Source: Trueperaceae bacterium (GTDB taxonomy: Bacteria; Deinococcota; Deinococci; Deinococcales; Trueperaceae). Taken from it: a DNA stretch of 64,000 nt. The position numbers were made by a program, and so were the translations under genes. The stretch is taken from positions 4,096,001-4,160,000 of the forward strand of contig OZ243927.1 in assembly GCA_965213925.1 (NCBI GenBank), written 5' to 3'. Shown piece by piece: positions 44,503-54,285 of this stretch; the stretch's first letter is position 1; each line of letters starts with the position of its first letter. The notes beneath the pieces were generated by a model. That model searched no databases, was not told the DNA's origin, and saw only the letters and a list, made by a program, of their open reading frames with translations.

Positions 44503-44813
44503 TACTGAAGCGTTAAGTAAAAAATGAGTTGTGTCATTCTGAACCAGGTTAGAGCACCGTTCGTTCCTGCGGAAGCTAAAGCCACCAGCTTGACTGGAAA
44601 GCTCAGAGGCTCTTATAGGTTACGGTTGAAAACCGGACACTTTCAGTGTTTACCTGTGCCTTCACCTATGAAGCGAAGCGGAATGAAGAATCTCTGCATT
44701 TGCCTCTTCCCTGACAGAGATTGTGATGCGAGACCCCTCGGCTGCGCAAGGCTACGCCCGACTACGTGAACGGGGTGGCATTCGCGGATGCCGCAAACTT
44801 AACTAACAGTGTA
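44503..44813. mobile_element. MITE-like element, family B, with a nested insertion of about 125 bp
   Basis: AGCGTTAAGTAA...GTCATTCTGAA[insert]GAAGCGAAGCGGAATGAAGAATCTC...GAGACCCCTCG...ACTAACAGTGTA. Confidence 0.65.
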
Positions 44814-44852
44814 CTACCTGTAAATTCTAAAAGATAAGGCTATACTGGCACG

Positions 44853-46103
44853 ATGACTGACATTCACATGCAGACCCTCCCCAACGGCTTGACCTTAGTC
44901 GCCGAGCCGATGCCCTGGCTTCCCTCGGCGAGTTTTAGCCTCTTGATGCCGGTGGGCGCGGCGGGCGACCCGGCAGGACAAGAGGGCAGCGCGACGGTGC
45001 TCAACGACTGGCTCTACCGGGGCGCAGGCGAGCGAGATTCGCGCGAATTCTCGGACGCTTTGGACGACCTGGGCGTGCGGCGCGGCGGCGGCGCGGGCAC
45101 GGAGTACGCCACGCTCTCCGCGTCGCTCTTGGCGGACGCGCTGCCCGAAACGCTGAAGCTCTACGCGGACATGGTGCGCCGTCCGCGCTTAGAGGACGAG
45201 ACCTTCGAGTCGGCGCGGACCTTGGCTCTACAAGAGCTGTGGTCGCTGGACGACAACCCGACGCAGCGGCTCTTTATCGCGCTCTCGAAGTCCTACTTCG
45301 CGTCGGGGCAAGGGCGCAGCGCATACGGGACGGAAGAGGGACTCAAAGGCTTGAGCGCCGAGAGCGTCCGGCAGGATTACGCGCGCCGCGTCGCGCCCAA
45401 AGGCGCTATCTTGAGCGTCGCGGGCGGCGTCCGTTGGGAGGACCTCTTGTCACAAGTGCAAGAGGTCTTCGGCGACTGGCAGGGCGACGGCACCCCGCTA
45501 CCCGAAGCGGAACTCGCGCCGCAGCATTCTGAACATATCCAAGCGGACACCTCGCAGACGCAGATCGGCGTGGCGTTCGCGGGGGTCGCGCCCGGCTCGG
45601 ACGACTGGTACAAGCACGCGCTCGCGACGGGCGTGCTGAGCGGGGGGATGGGCTCTCGGCTCTTCACCGAAGTGCGCGAAAAGCGCGGCTTGGTCTATAG
45701 CGTCGCCGCGGTCAACCGCGCCGTGCGCGGCTTCGGCTACACGCTAGGCTACGCCGGGACGACGCCCGAGCGCGCCGACGAAACCCTGCGCGTCCTCCTA
45801 AACGAACTCTCCAAACTCCGTAAAGGCGTCTCCGAGGACGAGTTGGAGCGTTCGCGCAGCGGGCTCTTATCCAACCTCGTCATGCAGGGCGAGTCGAGCG
45901 GCGCGCGCGCGTCGGCGATGGCTCGAGACACCTTTCTCCTAGGCGAGCCGCGCCCCGTGAGCGAGGTCAAGGAGGGCGTGCAAGGGACCTCTTTAGACGA
46001 GGTCAACCTCTTTCTAGGTGAGCGCCCCGAGCCCGACTTCACCGTCTTGACCCTCGGACCCCAAGAGGTCACGGACGTAACGACAGAAGAGGTATCCGCA
46101 TGA
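44853..46103 (+). CDS. M16 family peptidase, subunit lacking HXXEH
   Basis: LPNGL and GGMGSRLF.EVREKRGLVY; HXXEH replaced by TVLND. Confidence 0.88.
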   Translation: MTDIHMQTLPNGLTLVAEPMPWLPSASFSLLMPVGAAGDPAGQEGSATVLNDWLYRGAGERDSREFSDALDDLGVRRGGGAGTEYATLSASLLADALPETLKLYADMVRRPRLEDETFESARTLALQELWSLDDNPTQRLFIALSKSYFASGQGRSAYGTEEGLKGLSAESVRQDYARRVAPKGAILSVAGGVRWEDLLSQVQEVFGDWQGDGTPLPEAELAPQHSEHIQADTSQTQIGVAFAGVAPGSDDWYKHALATGVLSGGMGSRLFTEVREKRGLVYSVAAVNRAVRGFGYTLGYAGTTPERADETLRVLLNELSKLRKGVSEDELERSRSGLLSNLVMQGESSGARASAMARDTFLLGEPRPVSEVKEGVQGTSLDEVNLFLGERPEPDFTVLTLGPQEVTDVTTEEVSA

Positions 46104-47329
46104 GCTTGACCTTTCAGAAGACCACCCTGGACAACGGGCTCACCATCGTCGGTGAGCACAACCCGCGAGCGCAGTCCTTCGCGGCGGGCTACTTCGTCAA
46201 GACGGGCTCGCGCGACGAAACCGAAGAGGTCTCGGGCGTCTCGCACTTTTTAGAGCACATGATGTTTAAGGGGACAGAAAGACGCAGCCCCGCCGACATC
46301 AACCGCGAATTCGACGAACTCGGCGCGAACTACAACGCTTATACCAGCGACGAGCGCACGGTCTACTACGGCGCGGTCTTGCCCGAACGCGCGCCCAAGC
46401 TCCTCGACCTGCTCTCGGACATGATGCGCCCCGCCTTGCGCCAAGAGGACTTCGACCTGGAGAAGAACGTAATTTTAGAGGAGATCGCCATGTACGAAGA
46501 CCGCCCCGGCTTCAAGGTCTTCGAGGAGGGCAACGCGCGCTACTACAACGGGCATCCGCTGGGCAACTCCGTTTTAGGCTCCACCGACTCGATCCGCGCC
46601 TTGGAGCGCGAGCAGATGCTGCGCTACTTTGAGGAGCGCTACGCGGCGGACAACCTCATCTTGACGGTGGCGGGCAACTACGACTGGGACGCGCTCACCT
46701 CGCAAGTGAGCACCCTGACCTCAGCTTGGGAGCCGAGCAACCCGACGCGGAGCCACCCGGACCTCGAGCCCAACACCGAGAACGTCACCCTGGAGAACGC
46801 CCGTTTGAAGCGCGTCCACGTCGCGAGCTACGCGCCCGGCGTGAGCGCCCAAGACGAGCTGCGCTACGCGGCGAGCGTGCTGGCGAGCTGCGTCGGCGAC
46901 TCGAGCGGCTCCAGGCTCTACTGGTCTCTAGTGGACAACGGCCTCGCCGAGAGCGCCAGCCTCTCGCACGACAGCGCCGACGGCGCGGGCGTCTTCATCG
47001 GCTACCTCTCGACCGGACCAGGCGAGTTGGACAAGGTTCTGGGGATTTACCGCGACGTGCTTAAAGAGGTGCAAGAGGGGGGCGTGAACGAGAACGAGTG
47101 GAGCCGAGCGCAGCGCAAGCTCGCCACCGGGCTCACCTTGCGCGGCGAGACGCCCTTCGGCCGGCTCATGTCGCTGGGCTCGAGCTACCAGTACTTGGGC
47201 GAATACTACGCCGTCCAGGACGTGGTGGACGCCATCATGAACACGTCCACCGAGGACGCGCAGCGCCTCCTGGCGCGGAGACCTTTCGACAACCTCTTTA
47301 CGCTCACCTTAAAGCCAGCGCAGAACTAG
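46100..47329 (+). CDS. M16 family zinc peptidase, catalytic subunit
   Basis: GSRDE...SHFLEHMMFKGT and NAYTS; ATGA coupling with the upstream gene. Confidence 0.92.
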   Translation: MSLTFQKTTLDNGLTIVGEHNPRAQSFAAGYFVKTGSRDETEEVSGVSHFLEHMMFKGTERRSPADINREFDELGANYNAYTSDERTVYYGAVLPERAPKLLDLLSDMMRPALRQEDFDLEKNVILEEIAMYEDRPGFKVFEEGNARYYNGHPLGNSVLGSTDSIRALEREQMLRYFEERYAADNLILTVAGNYDWDALTSQVSTLTSAWEPSNPTRSHPDLEPNTENVTLENARLKRVHVASYAPGVSAQDELRYAASVLASCVGDSSGSRLYWSLVDNGLAESASLSHDSADGAGVFIGYLSTGPGELDKVLGIYRDVLKEVQEGGVNENEWSRAQRKLATGLTLRGETPFGRLMSLGSSYQYLGEYYAVQDVVDAIMNTSTEDAQRLLARRPFDNLFTLTLKPAQN

Positions 47330-47433
47330 ACGTCGCGGAGCAGCGCGGTCGCAGATATGGACGTGTGCGCTGCTCCTTAGAGATTTACGCAGTTACCGCG
47401 TTGTTCCCCCTGAATTCTCACGACCGAGCTAAG

Positions 47434-47599
47434 TACACCGTCAACTAAAGAATGAGTGATGTCATTCTGAACGTAGCGGTAGCGAAGTGAAAGAATCTCG
47501 TCTTCCATTCCCAACTAACCGAGATTGCGGGACGAGACCCTTACGCATTCGCTCAGGGTGACATCAGTAGGAAAGTATTAATACTTAGTTGACAGTGTA
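47434..47599. mobile_element. MITE-like element, family B, best-preserved copy
   Basis: TIRs TACACCGTCAACTAA / TTAGTTGACAGTGTA (1 mismatch); internal GTCATTCTGAACG...GCTCAGGGTGAC. Confidence 0.8.
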
Positions 47600-47613
47600 C
47601 TAAGAAGATGACC

Positions 47614-48444
47614 TCAGGCGGAAGCGTCGGCTTCCGCCTCCAACTTCTCCCCGCAATACTTGCAGTGCGCCGCGTCCTCGTCGTGTCCAGTGTGCCCGCA
47701 GTTGGGACACTGTGAGCCCTTACTTTCCTTGTCGGCTCTCGAGAGTTCCGAGGTCACAATCCCAGTTGGCACCGCGATAATCCCATAGCCGATGATCATC
47801 ACGAACGCCGAGAGCGTCTGTCCGAGCGGCGTCTGCGGCGAGATGTCGCCGTAGCCTACCGTCGTCAGCGTGACTATAGCCCAGTAGATGCTCTTGGGAA
47901 TGCTCGTAAAGCCGTTCTCCGCCCCCTCGACCACGTACATGAGCGCCCCGATGATCATCACGATCGTCACGACGGTTCCCAAAAAGACCGTGATTTTAGG
48001 CGTGCTGGCTTGGAGCGCCCGCCTGAGCACGCTCGCCTCGCCTAGAAACCGCGCCAGCTTGAGGATGCGAAAGACGCGCAAGAGCCGCAAGGAGCGCACC
48101 ACGATGAGGTACTGCGAGCCCAAAAGAAAGAGGCTCAAGTAGCCGGGCAAAATCGCCAAGAGGTCCACGACGCCGAAAAAGCTCGTGACGTAGCGTAAAC
48201 GCTTGCGCGCCGTATAGATGCGGAGCGCGTACTCGACCGTAAAAAGAATCGTAAATGTCCACTCCGCCACGCGCAACGCGCCGCCGTAGGCTTCGCGAAT
48301 CCAAGGCACGCTCTCCAACATCACCAAGATGATGCTCAGCACGATGAGGATGAGAATCACGATATCGAAGAGCTTGTCGGGCGGGCGCTCGTGCTCGAAG
48401 ATGATGTCGCCTAAGCGCCGCCTGACCTTTTGCCGGGACTCCAT
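47614..48444 (-). CDS. voltage-gated potassium channel / ion transporter
   Basis: S4 RSLRLLRVFRILKLAR and selectivity filter TTVGYGD; C-terminal CxxC...CxxC. Confidence 0.92.
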   Translation of the reverse strand: MESRQKVRRRLGDIIFEHERPPDKLFDIVILILIVLSIILVMLESVPWIREAYGGALRVAEWTFTILFTVEYALRIYTARKRLRYVTSFFGVVDLLAILPGYLSLFLLGSQYLIVVRSLRLLRVFRILKLARFLGEASVLRRALQASTPKITVFLGTVVTIVMIIGALMYVVEGAENGFTSIPKSIYWAIVTLTTVGYGDISPQTPLGQTLSAFVMIIGYGIIAVPTGIVTSELSRADKESKGSQCPNCGHTGHDEDAAHCKYCGEKLEAEADASA

Positions 48445-48529
48445 AACGCCCCATTCTACCGCCCCGGTCGGGGTGGTAGAGTGTCGGTGCGACCTACCTC
48501 ATGGACGCCCAAACGCTGGAGAGACCTCT

Positions 48530-49492
48530 ATGTCCGACACCGATACCGAAGCGCAAAGCGAACCCGAAACCGAGTCGGAAAGCCCGGTCGCCGTCCTCGC
48601 GGCGATCGCGGCGAACTTGACCATCGCCATTGCCAAATTCGTCGCTGCCGCCATCTCCGGCTCTTCGGCGATGATCGCCGAGGCGATCCACTCGCTCGTG
48701 GATACGGGCAACCAGCTCCTGCTTCTTCTAGGCATCCGCCGCAGCAAAAAGCCCGCCGACGAGCGTCACCCCTTCGGCTACGGCAAAGAACTCTACTTCT
48801 GGAGCCTCATCGTCTCGGTCCTCCTCTTCGGGCTCGGCGCGGGCATCTCCATCTACGAAGGCGTCAAGCACATTTTAGAGCCGCACCCCATCGGCGACAT
48901 CAAAGCGACCGCGTTCGTCCTCGCCATCGCCTTTTTCGCGGAAGGGTTCTCGCTGCTGACCGCCCTTAAAGAGTTGCGCAAAGAGAACCCGGACAGGGGC
49001 TTTTGGGAGGCGATGGAGAAGAGCAAGAACCCGGCCGTTTTCGTCGTCGTGGCGGAGGACTCGGCGGCGCTTATCGGCATTGCGCTAGCGGCCCTCGGCG
49101 TGGGGCTCGGCTACGTCCTGGAAAACCCGATCATCGACGGTGTCGCCACCATCCTCATCGGGGTGGTGCTAGGCACGGTGGCCGTCTTCCTCGTCTACGA
49201 GAGTAAAAAGCTCTTGGTCGGGGAGGGCGCGGACCAAGAGACGATTGACGGGCTCAAAGAGATTTTGGAGGCGGACGAGTCCACCGAACGGTTCAACCCG
49301 CCCTTCACCATGCACTTAGCGCCTAAAGAGGTCTTGCTGACGCTCGAGGTAGACTTCAAATCGTCCTTCTCTGCAGACGAGGCGGAGGAGGCGATCGACA
49401 GGCTCGAGCGTAAAATCAGAGACAAATATCCGGAGATGAAGCACATCTTCGTCGAGGTGGAGTCGCGCAGGCGGGGTGCGTTGCAATCCTGA
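48530..49492 (+). CDS. cation diffusion facilitator transporter 1
   Basis: AEAIHSLVDTGNQ and HPFGYGKE motifs. Confidence 0.9.
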   Translation: MSDTDTEAQSEPETESESPVAVLAAIAANLTIAIAKFVAAAISGSSAMIAEAIHSLVDTGNQLLLLLGIRRSKKPADERHPFGYGKELYFWSLIVSVLLFGLGAGISIYEGVKHILEPHPIGDIKATAFVLAIAFFAEGFSLLTALKELRKENPDRGFWEAMEKSKNPAVFVVVAEDSAALIGIALAALGVGLGYVLENPIIDGVATILIGVVLGTVAVFLVYESKKLLVGEGADQETIDGLKEILEADESTERFNPPFTMHLAPKEVLLTLEVDFKSSFSADEAEEAIDRLERKIRDKYPEMKHIFVEVESRRRGALQS

Positions 49493-49545
49493 AGGTAGCA
49501 TCACGTTAAGCTGTAACAAAATTTAGGGATACCAAAGGGGTCATC

Positions 49546-50493
49546 ATGGCTGGAGAGAAACCGATCGCCGTCTACGGAGCGGCAGCCGCCAACGGCATCA
49601 TCGCCATCACCAAGTTCGTCGCCGCAGGCTTCACCGGCTCCTCCGCGATGGCGGCGGAGGGCATCCACTCGGTGGTGGACACGGGCAACCAACTCCTCAT
49701 CTTGTTCGGCATCAAGCGCAGCAAGACGCCCGCCGACGAGCGCCACCCCTTCGGCTACGGCAAAGAACTCTACTTCTGGAGCCTCATCGTCGCCATGCTG
49801 CTCTTCGGCATCGGCGGCGGCATGTCGATGTACGAAGGCATCAGGCATTTTCGGCACCCGTCCGAACTGGGCGACCCGACCTGGAATTACTGGGTTTTGG
49901 GTATCGCTTTGGTGGTTGAGTCCGTCGCGTGGTGGCTCGCGCTCAAAGAACTTCTTAAGTCTCAGGGCGAGCGTTCGCTCTGGCAAGCCTTACGTGAGAG
50001 TAAGGACCCAGCGGTCTTTATCGTTTTAGGCGAAGATACGGCGGCGATGCTCGGGCTCATCGTCGCGTTTTTCGGTGTTTACTTGGGACACCGTTTCGAC
50101 AACCCTGCCTTCGACGGTATCGCCTCGATCATCATCGGCTTTATTCTCGCGGCGGTGGCGGTCTTTTTAGCGTACGAGAGCAAGGGTCTCCTCATTGGGG
50201 AGAGCGCCGACCTCAAAGTCGTAAGAGGGATTCAAGAGATCGGCATGCAGGACGAAGCGGTCGCGGAGGTCGCGCCGCCCCTGACCATGTACCTCGCGCC
50301 CAGAGAGGTCTTGCTGACGCTCGAGGTCGACTTCAAGAACAACCTCTCCGCCGAAGAGGTCGAGCAAGCAATAGATAGGCTAGAAAAGCGCATCCGCGAG
50401 CAGTACCCACAAGTCAAACGCATCTTCATCGAAGCGGAATCGCTCAAACGTAAGAGCGACCCGGATAATATCTCCACCTCCGCAGAAGTGTAG
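49546..50493 (+). CDS. cation diffusion facilitator transporter 2 (tandem paralog)
   Basis: AEGIHSVVDTGNQ and HPFGYGKE motifs. Confidence 0.9.
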   Translation: MAGEKPIAVYGAAAANGIIAITKFVAAGFTGSSAMAAEGIHSVVDTGNQLLILFGIKRSKTPADERHPFGYGKELYFWSLIVAMLLFGIGGGMSMYEGIRHFRHPSELGDPTWNYWVLGIALVVESVAWWLALKELLKSQGERSLWQALRESKDPAVFIVLGEDTAAMLGLIVAFFGVYLGHRFDNPAFDGIASIIIGFILAAVAVFLAYESKGLLIGESADLKVVRGIQEIGMQDEAVAEVAPPLTMYLAPREVLLTLEVDFKNNLSAEEVEQAIDRLEKRIREQYPQVKRIFIEAESLKRKSDPDNISTSAEV

Positions 50494-50502
50494 ACCCTTT
50501 TC

Positions 50503-50925
50503 ATGCCCCTCCTGGTTGCTCTATTCTGTCTCCTAACAGGAGGGGTTATGGCTCAGATCGACTTTAGTAACTACAAGTGGCAAAACCGCTTGCTGCTCAT
50601 CTTCGCGCCTTCACCGGAATATGAGGAGGCACGGGCGCAGCAACGTCTTTTTGAGGGTCAGGAGGCGGAGCTTAGAGACCGCGATCTGCTCGTCGCTTAC
50701 CTCTTTCAAGAAGAAGGGCGCATAGAAGATGAAATGTTATCCGCCGAAGACGTGACCTCTTTGCGCGAGCGCTACGGCGTGGCGGAGGATGACTTTATCG
50801 TCCTCTTGATTGGCAAAGACGGCACGGCGAAAGAGCGCTTGGAGGAGCCGGTGGAGCCCGCCGACCTCTTTGAGACGATTGACGCGATGCCGATGCGACA
50901 AAGGGAGATGGAGGAGGGGGAGTAG
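50503..50925 (+). CDS. DUF4174-like protein
   Basis: YKWQNRLLLIFAP, LIGKDG and IDAMPMRQ.E motifs. Confidence 0.8.
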   Translation: MPLLVALFCLLTGGVMAQIDFSNYKWQNRLLLIFAPSPEYEEARAQQRLFEGQEAELRDRDLLVAYLFQEEGRIEDEMLSAEDVTSLRERYGVAEDDFIVLLIGKDGTAKERLEEPVEPADLFETIDAMPMRQREMEEGE

Positions 50926-50956
50926 GTTGGTTTCTCGAGCCTTCTACACGTAAAAA

Positions 50957-52999
50957 TCAGCGCTTACCAACTCGAGCCCTTGCTTTCGGCTTCTGCCCCG
51001 GCACCTCCACCAGCGCCACCTCACGCCCTTGCAGCTTCGCCTCCACCTCACGAATGCGGTCTCGAATCGCCGCCGCCCGCTCGAAATCGAGGTCTTCGGA
51101 CGCCTGCCACATCTCGTTCTCCAAGAGGGCAAGTTCTTGCTTCATATCGTCCTGAGCTAACTCGCGCTCCCAGGGGGCGAGCTTCTCGGGCGGCGCTTCG
51201 CCTTCGTCGCTCTCGCCGCGAATGACGTTGCGGATGTTTTTGCGGATGCTTTCAGGGGTGATGCCGTGCTCGGCGTTATAGGCGAGCTGTTTGTTGCGGC
51301 GGCGCTCGGTCTCGTCCATCGCGTCGCGCATGGCGTCAGAAATCACATCGGCGTACAAGAAGACCTCGCCGCGCACATTGCGAGCGGCGCGTCCGATGGT
51401 TTGGATGAGGGAACGTTCGGAACGCAGAAAGCCCGTCTTATCCGCGTCCAAAATCGCCACGAGCGAGACCTCGGGCAGGTCGAGCCCTTCGCGCAAGAGG
51501 TTGATGCCAATGAGCACGTCGAAGTGACCTAAACGCAAATCGCGGATGATGACTTGGCGCTCCACCGCGTCGATATCCGAGTGCATGTAGCGCACCCGAA
51601 CGCCTTGCTGCGCGAAGTATTCGGTCAAATCTTCGGACATCTTCTTAGTGAGCGTGGTAACGAGGACGCGCTCACCCTTTTCGGCGCGGTCGCGGATGGC
51701 GAAGACGAGGTCGTCGATCTGTCCGCGTGAGGGCTTCACCGTGATCGCAGGGTCTACGAGTCCGGTAGGACGGATGATCTGCTCGACCACCTTGTCCGAC
51801 AGTTCTTTTTCGGCGTTGCTGGGCGTCGCGGAGACGAAGATGACCTGCCCAACCCTGGTCTTAAACTCGTCCTCCTTGAGGGGGCGGTTATCCAGGGCGG
51901 CGGGCAAGCGGAAGCCGTAATCCACCAGCGTCTGCTTGCGGGCGCGGTCGCCATTATACATGCCGCGAATCTGCGGGAGCATCACGTGGGACTCGTCCAA
52001 AAAGGTGATGAAGTCGTCGGGGAAGTAATCCAAGAGCGTGTGGGGCGGTGCGCCGGGCTGCCGCCCGTCCAGGTAACGCGAGTAGTTCTCGATGCCGGAG
52101 CAGTAGCCCAAGGTTTTGAGCATCTCGAGGTCGTACATGGTGCGCTCTTTGAGCCGCTGCTTCTCTAAAAGTTTTTCGGACTTCTCGAAGAATTTAAGGC
52201 GGTCCTCGAGGTCGTATTCGATGTGTTTAACGGCGGGCTCGAGCTGGTCATAAGGTGTGACGTAATGCTTCGCTGGGAAGATGGTCGTGGACTCTAACTC
52301 CGCAAGCTCGTTGCCCGTAACCGGGTCGGTCATCACGAGGCGGTCAATCTCGTCGCCCCAGAGTTCGATGCGTAAAGGAGCCTCGTCGTACGCCGCCCAA
52401 ATCTCGATAACGTCGCCCTTGACCCGGAAGCGCCCGTTGGCGAGTTCGATATCGTTGCGTTCGTACTGCTGGGTGATAAAGCGCTCTAGGATTTCGTCCC
52501 TGGACAAGGTCATGCCGACCTTCAAGATGAGGTTGAGCTGCTTATACGTGTCGGGCGAGCCCAAACCGTAGATCGCGGAGACCGACGCGACGACGATGGT
52601 GTCGTTTCTCGTCAAGAGGTTGCGCGTCGAGGAGTGGCGGAGCCGCTCTAACTCCATGTTGATGTTCGCGTCTTTTTCGATGAAGAGGTCTCGAGCCGGA
52701 ACATAGGCCTCGGGCTGATAATAGTCGTAGTACGAGATGAAGAACTCGACCGCCGCGCCCGGAAAGAAGTCGCGGAACTCCGCGGCGAGCTGCGCGGTTA
52801 AGATTTTGTTCGGCGCTAAGATTAGAGCGGGGCGCTGCACCTCTTCGATAATCTTCGCCATCGTGAAGGTTTTACCCGTGCCCGTCGCGCCTAGAAGCGT
52901 CTGGTAGCGCAGCCCATCCTCCAAGCCTTCGACTAAGCCTTTGATGGCGGTGGGTTGGTCACCTCTCGGGCTGAACGGGGAACTTACAGTGAGCGCCAT
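50957..52999 (-). CDS. uvrB: excinuclease ABC subunit B
   Basis: [31 protein letters not shown] and a C-terminal UVR domain. Confidence 0.97.
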   Translation of the reverse strand: MALTVSSPFSPRGDQPTAIKGLVEGLEDGLRYQTLLGATGTGKTFTMAKIIEEVQRPALILAPNKILTAQLAAEFRDFFPGAAVEFFISYYDYYQPEAYVPARDLFIEKDANINMELERLRHSSTRNLLTRNDTIVVASVSAIYGLGSPDTYKQLNLILKVGMTLSRDEILERFITQQYERNDIELANGRFRVKGDVIEIWAAYDEAPLRIELWGDEIDRLVMTDPVTGNELAELESTTIFPAKHYVTPYDQLEPAVKHIEYDLEDRLKFFEKSEKLLEKQRLKERTMYDLEMLKTLGYCSGIENYSRYLDGRQPGAPPHTLLDYFPDDFITFLDESHVMLPQIRGMYNGDRARKQTLVDYGFRLPAALDNRPLKEDEFKTRVGQVIFVSATPSNAEKELSDKVVEQIIRPTGLVDPAITVKPSRGQIDDLVFAIRDRAEKGERVLVTTLTKKMSEDLTEYFAQQGVRVRYMHSDIDAVERQVIIRDLRLGHFDVLIGINLLREGLDLPEVSLVAILDADKTGFLRSERSLIQTIGRAARNVRGEVFLYADVISDAMRDAMDETERRRNKQLAYNAEHGITPESIRKNIRNVIRGESDEGEAPPEKLAPWERELAQDDMKQELALLENEMWQASEDLDFERAAAIRDRIREVEAKLQGREVALVEVPGQKPKARARVGKR

Positions 53000-53052
53000 A
53001 AGGTCTATTGTACGTCCGCAGCCCTGCTATTACTGTTGCTTACGAGGAAAAA

Positions 53053-53108
53053 GGGTGAAAGGACTGAGAGGAAAGTAAAGGCTTTAGACTCAGTCCTCAG
53101 TCCTTTTC
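53053..53108. repeat. inverted heptamer element (GGACTGA/TCAGTCC)
   Basis: AAAGGACTGAG...CTCAGTCCTCAGTCCTTT. Confidence 0.6.
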
Positions 53109-53268
53109 TCTACAAAAAGAAGCTTGGCCAACGTTCCCTTTTGGGTACAACGTTAAACTATCTGTCGAAACGGGTATTATCTGTCCACAGGCGCACGCAA
53201 CCAGTATTTCTTTATCTCAGACTGTCTGTACAGATGACACGATTTGTCAACATTCAAGGAGGTCAACT

Positions 53269-53697
53269 ATGCCAGTACGTTCAGCAGATGCACAGTGGAA
53301 AGGCTCTTTGCAAGGAGGCGAGGGCAGCATGAAGCTCGGCAGCGGCGCGTTCGAGGGGTCTTACTCCTTTCGCTCGCGCTTCGAAGCGGGCGACGGGACG
53401 AACCCCGAAGAGTTAGTTGGCGCGGCGCACGCGGGCTGCTTCTCGATGCAGCTCTCCGCGCTCCTAGCCGAAGCGGGTCACGAGCCGGACAGCGTCCATA
53501 CCGAAGCGCGGGTTCACTTAGAGAAGGACAACGGCGGTTTTAAGATCAGCAAGATCGAACTGCATACAGAGGGCAATGTACCGGGGATCGACGAGGACAC
53601 GTTTAAGCAGCACGCGGATCAGGCGAAGGAGATTTGCCCCGTGTCTAAAGCGCTTGCGGGTACGGAGATTACGCTCGAGGCGACCCTCAAGAGCTAG
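53269..53697 (+). CDS. osmC: OsmC family peroxiredoxin
   Basis: [17 protein letters not shown] and CPVSKAL motifs. Confidence 0.93.
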   Translation: MPVRSADAQWKGSLQGGEGSMKLGSGAFEGSYSFRSRFEAGDGTNPEELVGAAHAGCFSMQLSALLAEAGHEPDSVHTEARVHLEKDNGGFKISKIELHTEGNVPGIDEDTFKQHADQAKEICPVSKALAGTEITLEATLKS

Positions 53698-53721
53698 CCA
53701 CGCTAAAACTTAGATTAGACG

Positions 53722-53749
53722 GAGCCCTCACCGTAGGTGGGGGCTTTTC
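53722..53749 (+). terminator. intrinsic terminator after osmC
   Basis: GAGCCCTCACC-GTA-GGTGGGGCTTTTCT. Confidence 0.7.
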
Positions 53750-53771
53750 TATGTGCTCGGCGCACTCTCCC

Positions 53772-53836
53772 TTGACTTTATCCGGCATAAAGGTATAAGC
53801 TAACACCTATATACCATCTGTGTAGATGGTATATAG
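53772..53836 (+). promoter_or_regulatory. promoter with a 13-bp perfect inverted-repeat operator
   Basis: TTGACT 16 bp TATAAG, then CTATATACCATCT-GTGT-AGATGGTATATAG. Confidence 0.7.
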
Positions 53837-53853
53837 ATTCCAGAAAGGACACA

Positions 53854-54264
53854 ATGATGACCGACCTGCAACCCAGAGCGGGCACGACGGAGAAGATTAC
53901 GATTAACCTAGGCGTCGTAGATTTAGGGCAAATCGACCTCGTGGTGCAAGAGGGTTTCTACTCCAACCGCACCGACTTTATCCGCACGGCGGTTCGCAAC
54001 CAACTTCAGGAACACGCTGACGTGGTGAAGCAAACCGTGAGCCGCAAGACGCTGGACCTCGGGTTGCGTCACTATACCCGCGCTGATTTGGAAAGGGTTC
54101 GTAATGCGGGGGAGAGGCTCGAGATTCAAGTTTTAGGACTCGTAAGCATCGCGCCCGATGTGAACGTAGAATTAGCGCTAGAAACCATCCAGTCCATCAC
54201 GGTGCTCGGTGCGCTGCACGCGAGTTCGGCGGTTAAAAAAGCGCTAGCGGATAGGATTCGCTAA
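53854..54264 (+). CDS. CopG/RHH family transcriptional regulator
   Basis: EKITINLG.VDLGQIDL.V.EGFYSNRTDFIRTA. Confidence 0.85.
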   Translation: MMTDLQPRAGTTEKITINLGVVDLGQIDLVVQEGFYSNRTDFIRTAVRNQLQEHADVVKQTVSRKTLDLGLRHYTRADLERVRNAGERLEIQVLGLVSIAPDVNVELALETIQSITVLGALHASSAVKKALADRIR

Positions 54265-54285
54265 GTGTCCATCAAGGGGGGAAAT

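Noticed and set aside
53000..53260. DdrO/RDRM box upstream of uvrB
   Set aside because: No convincing 17-bp TT(A/C)(T/C)G...C(A/G)(T/G)AA palindrome found by eye
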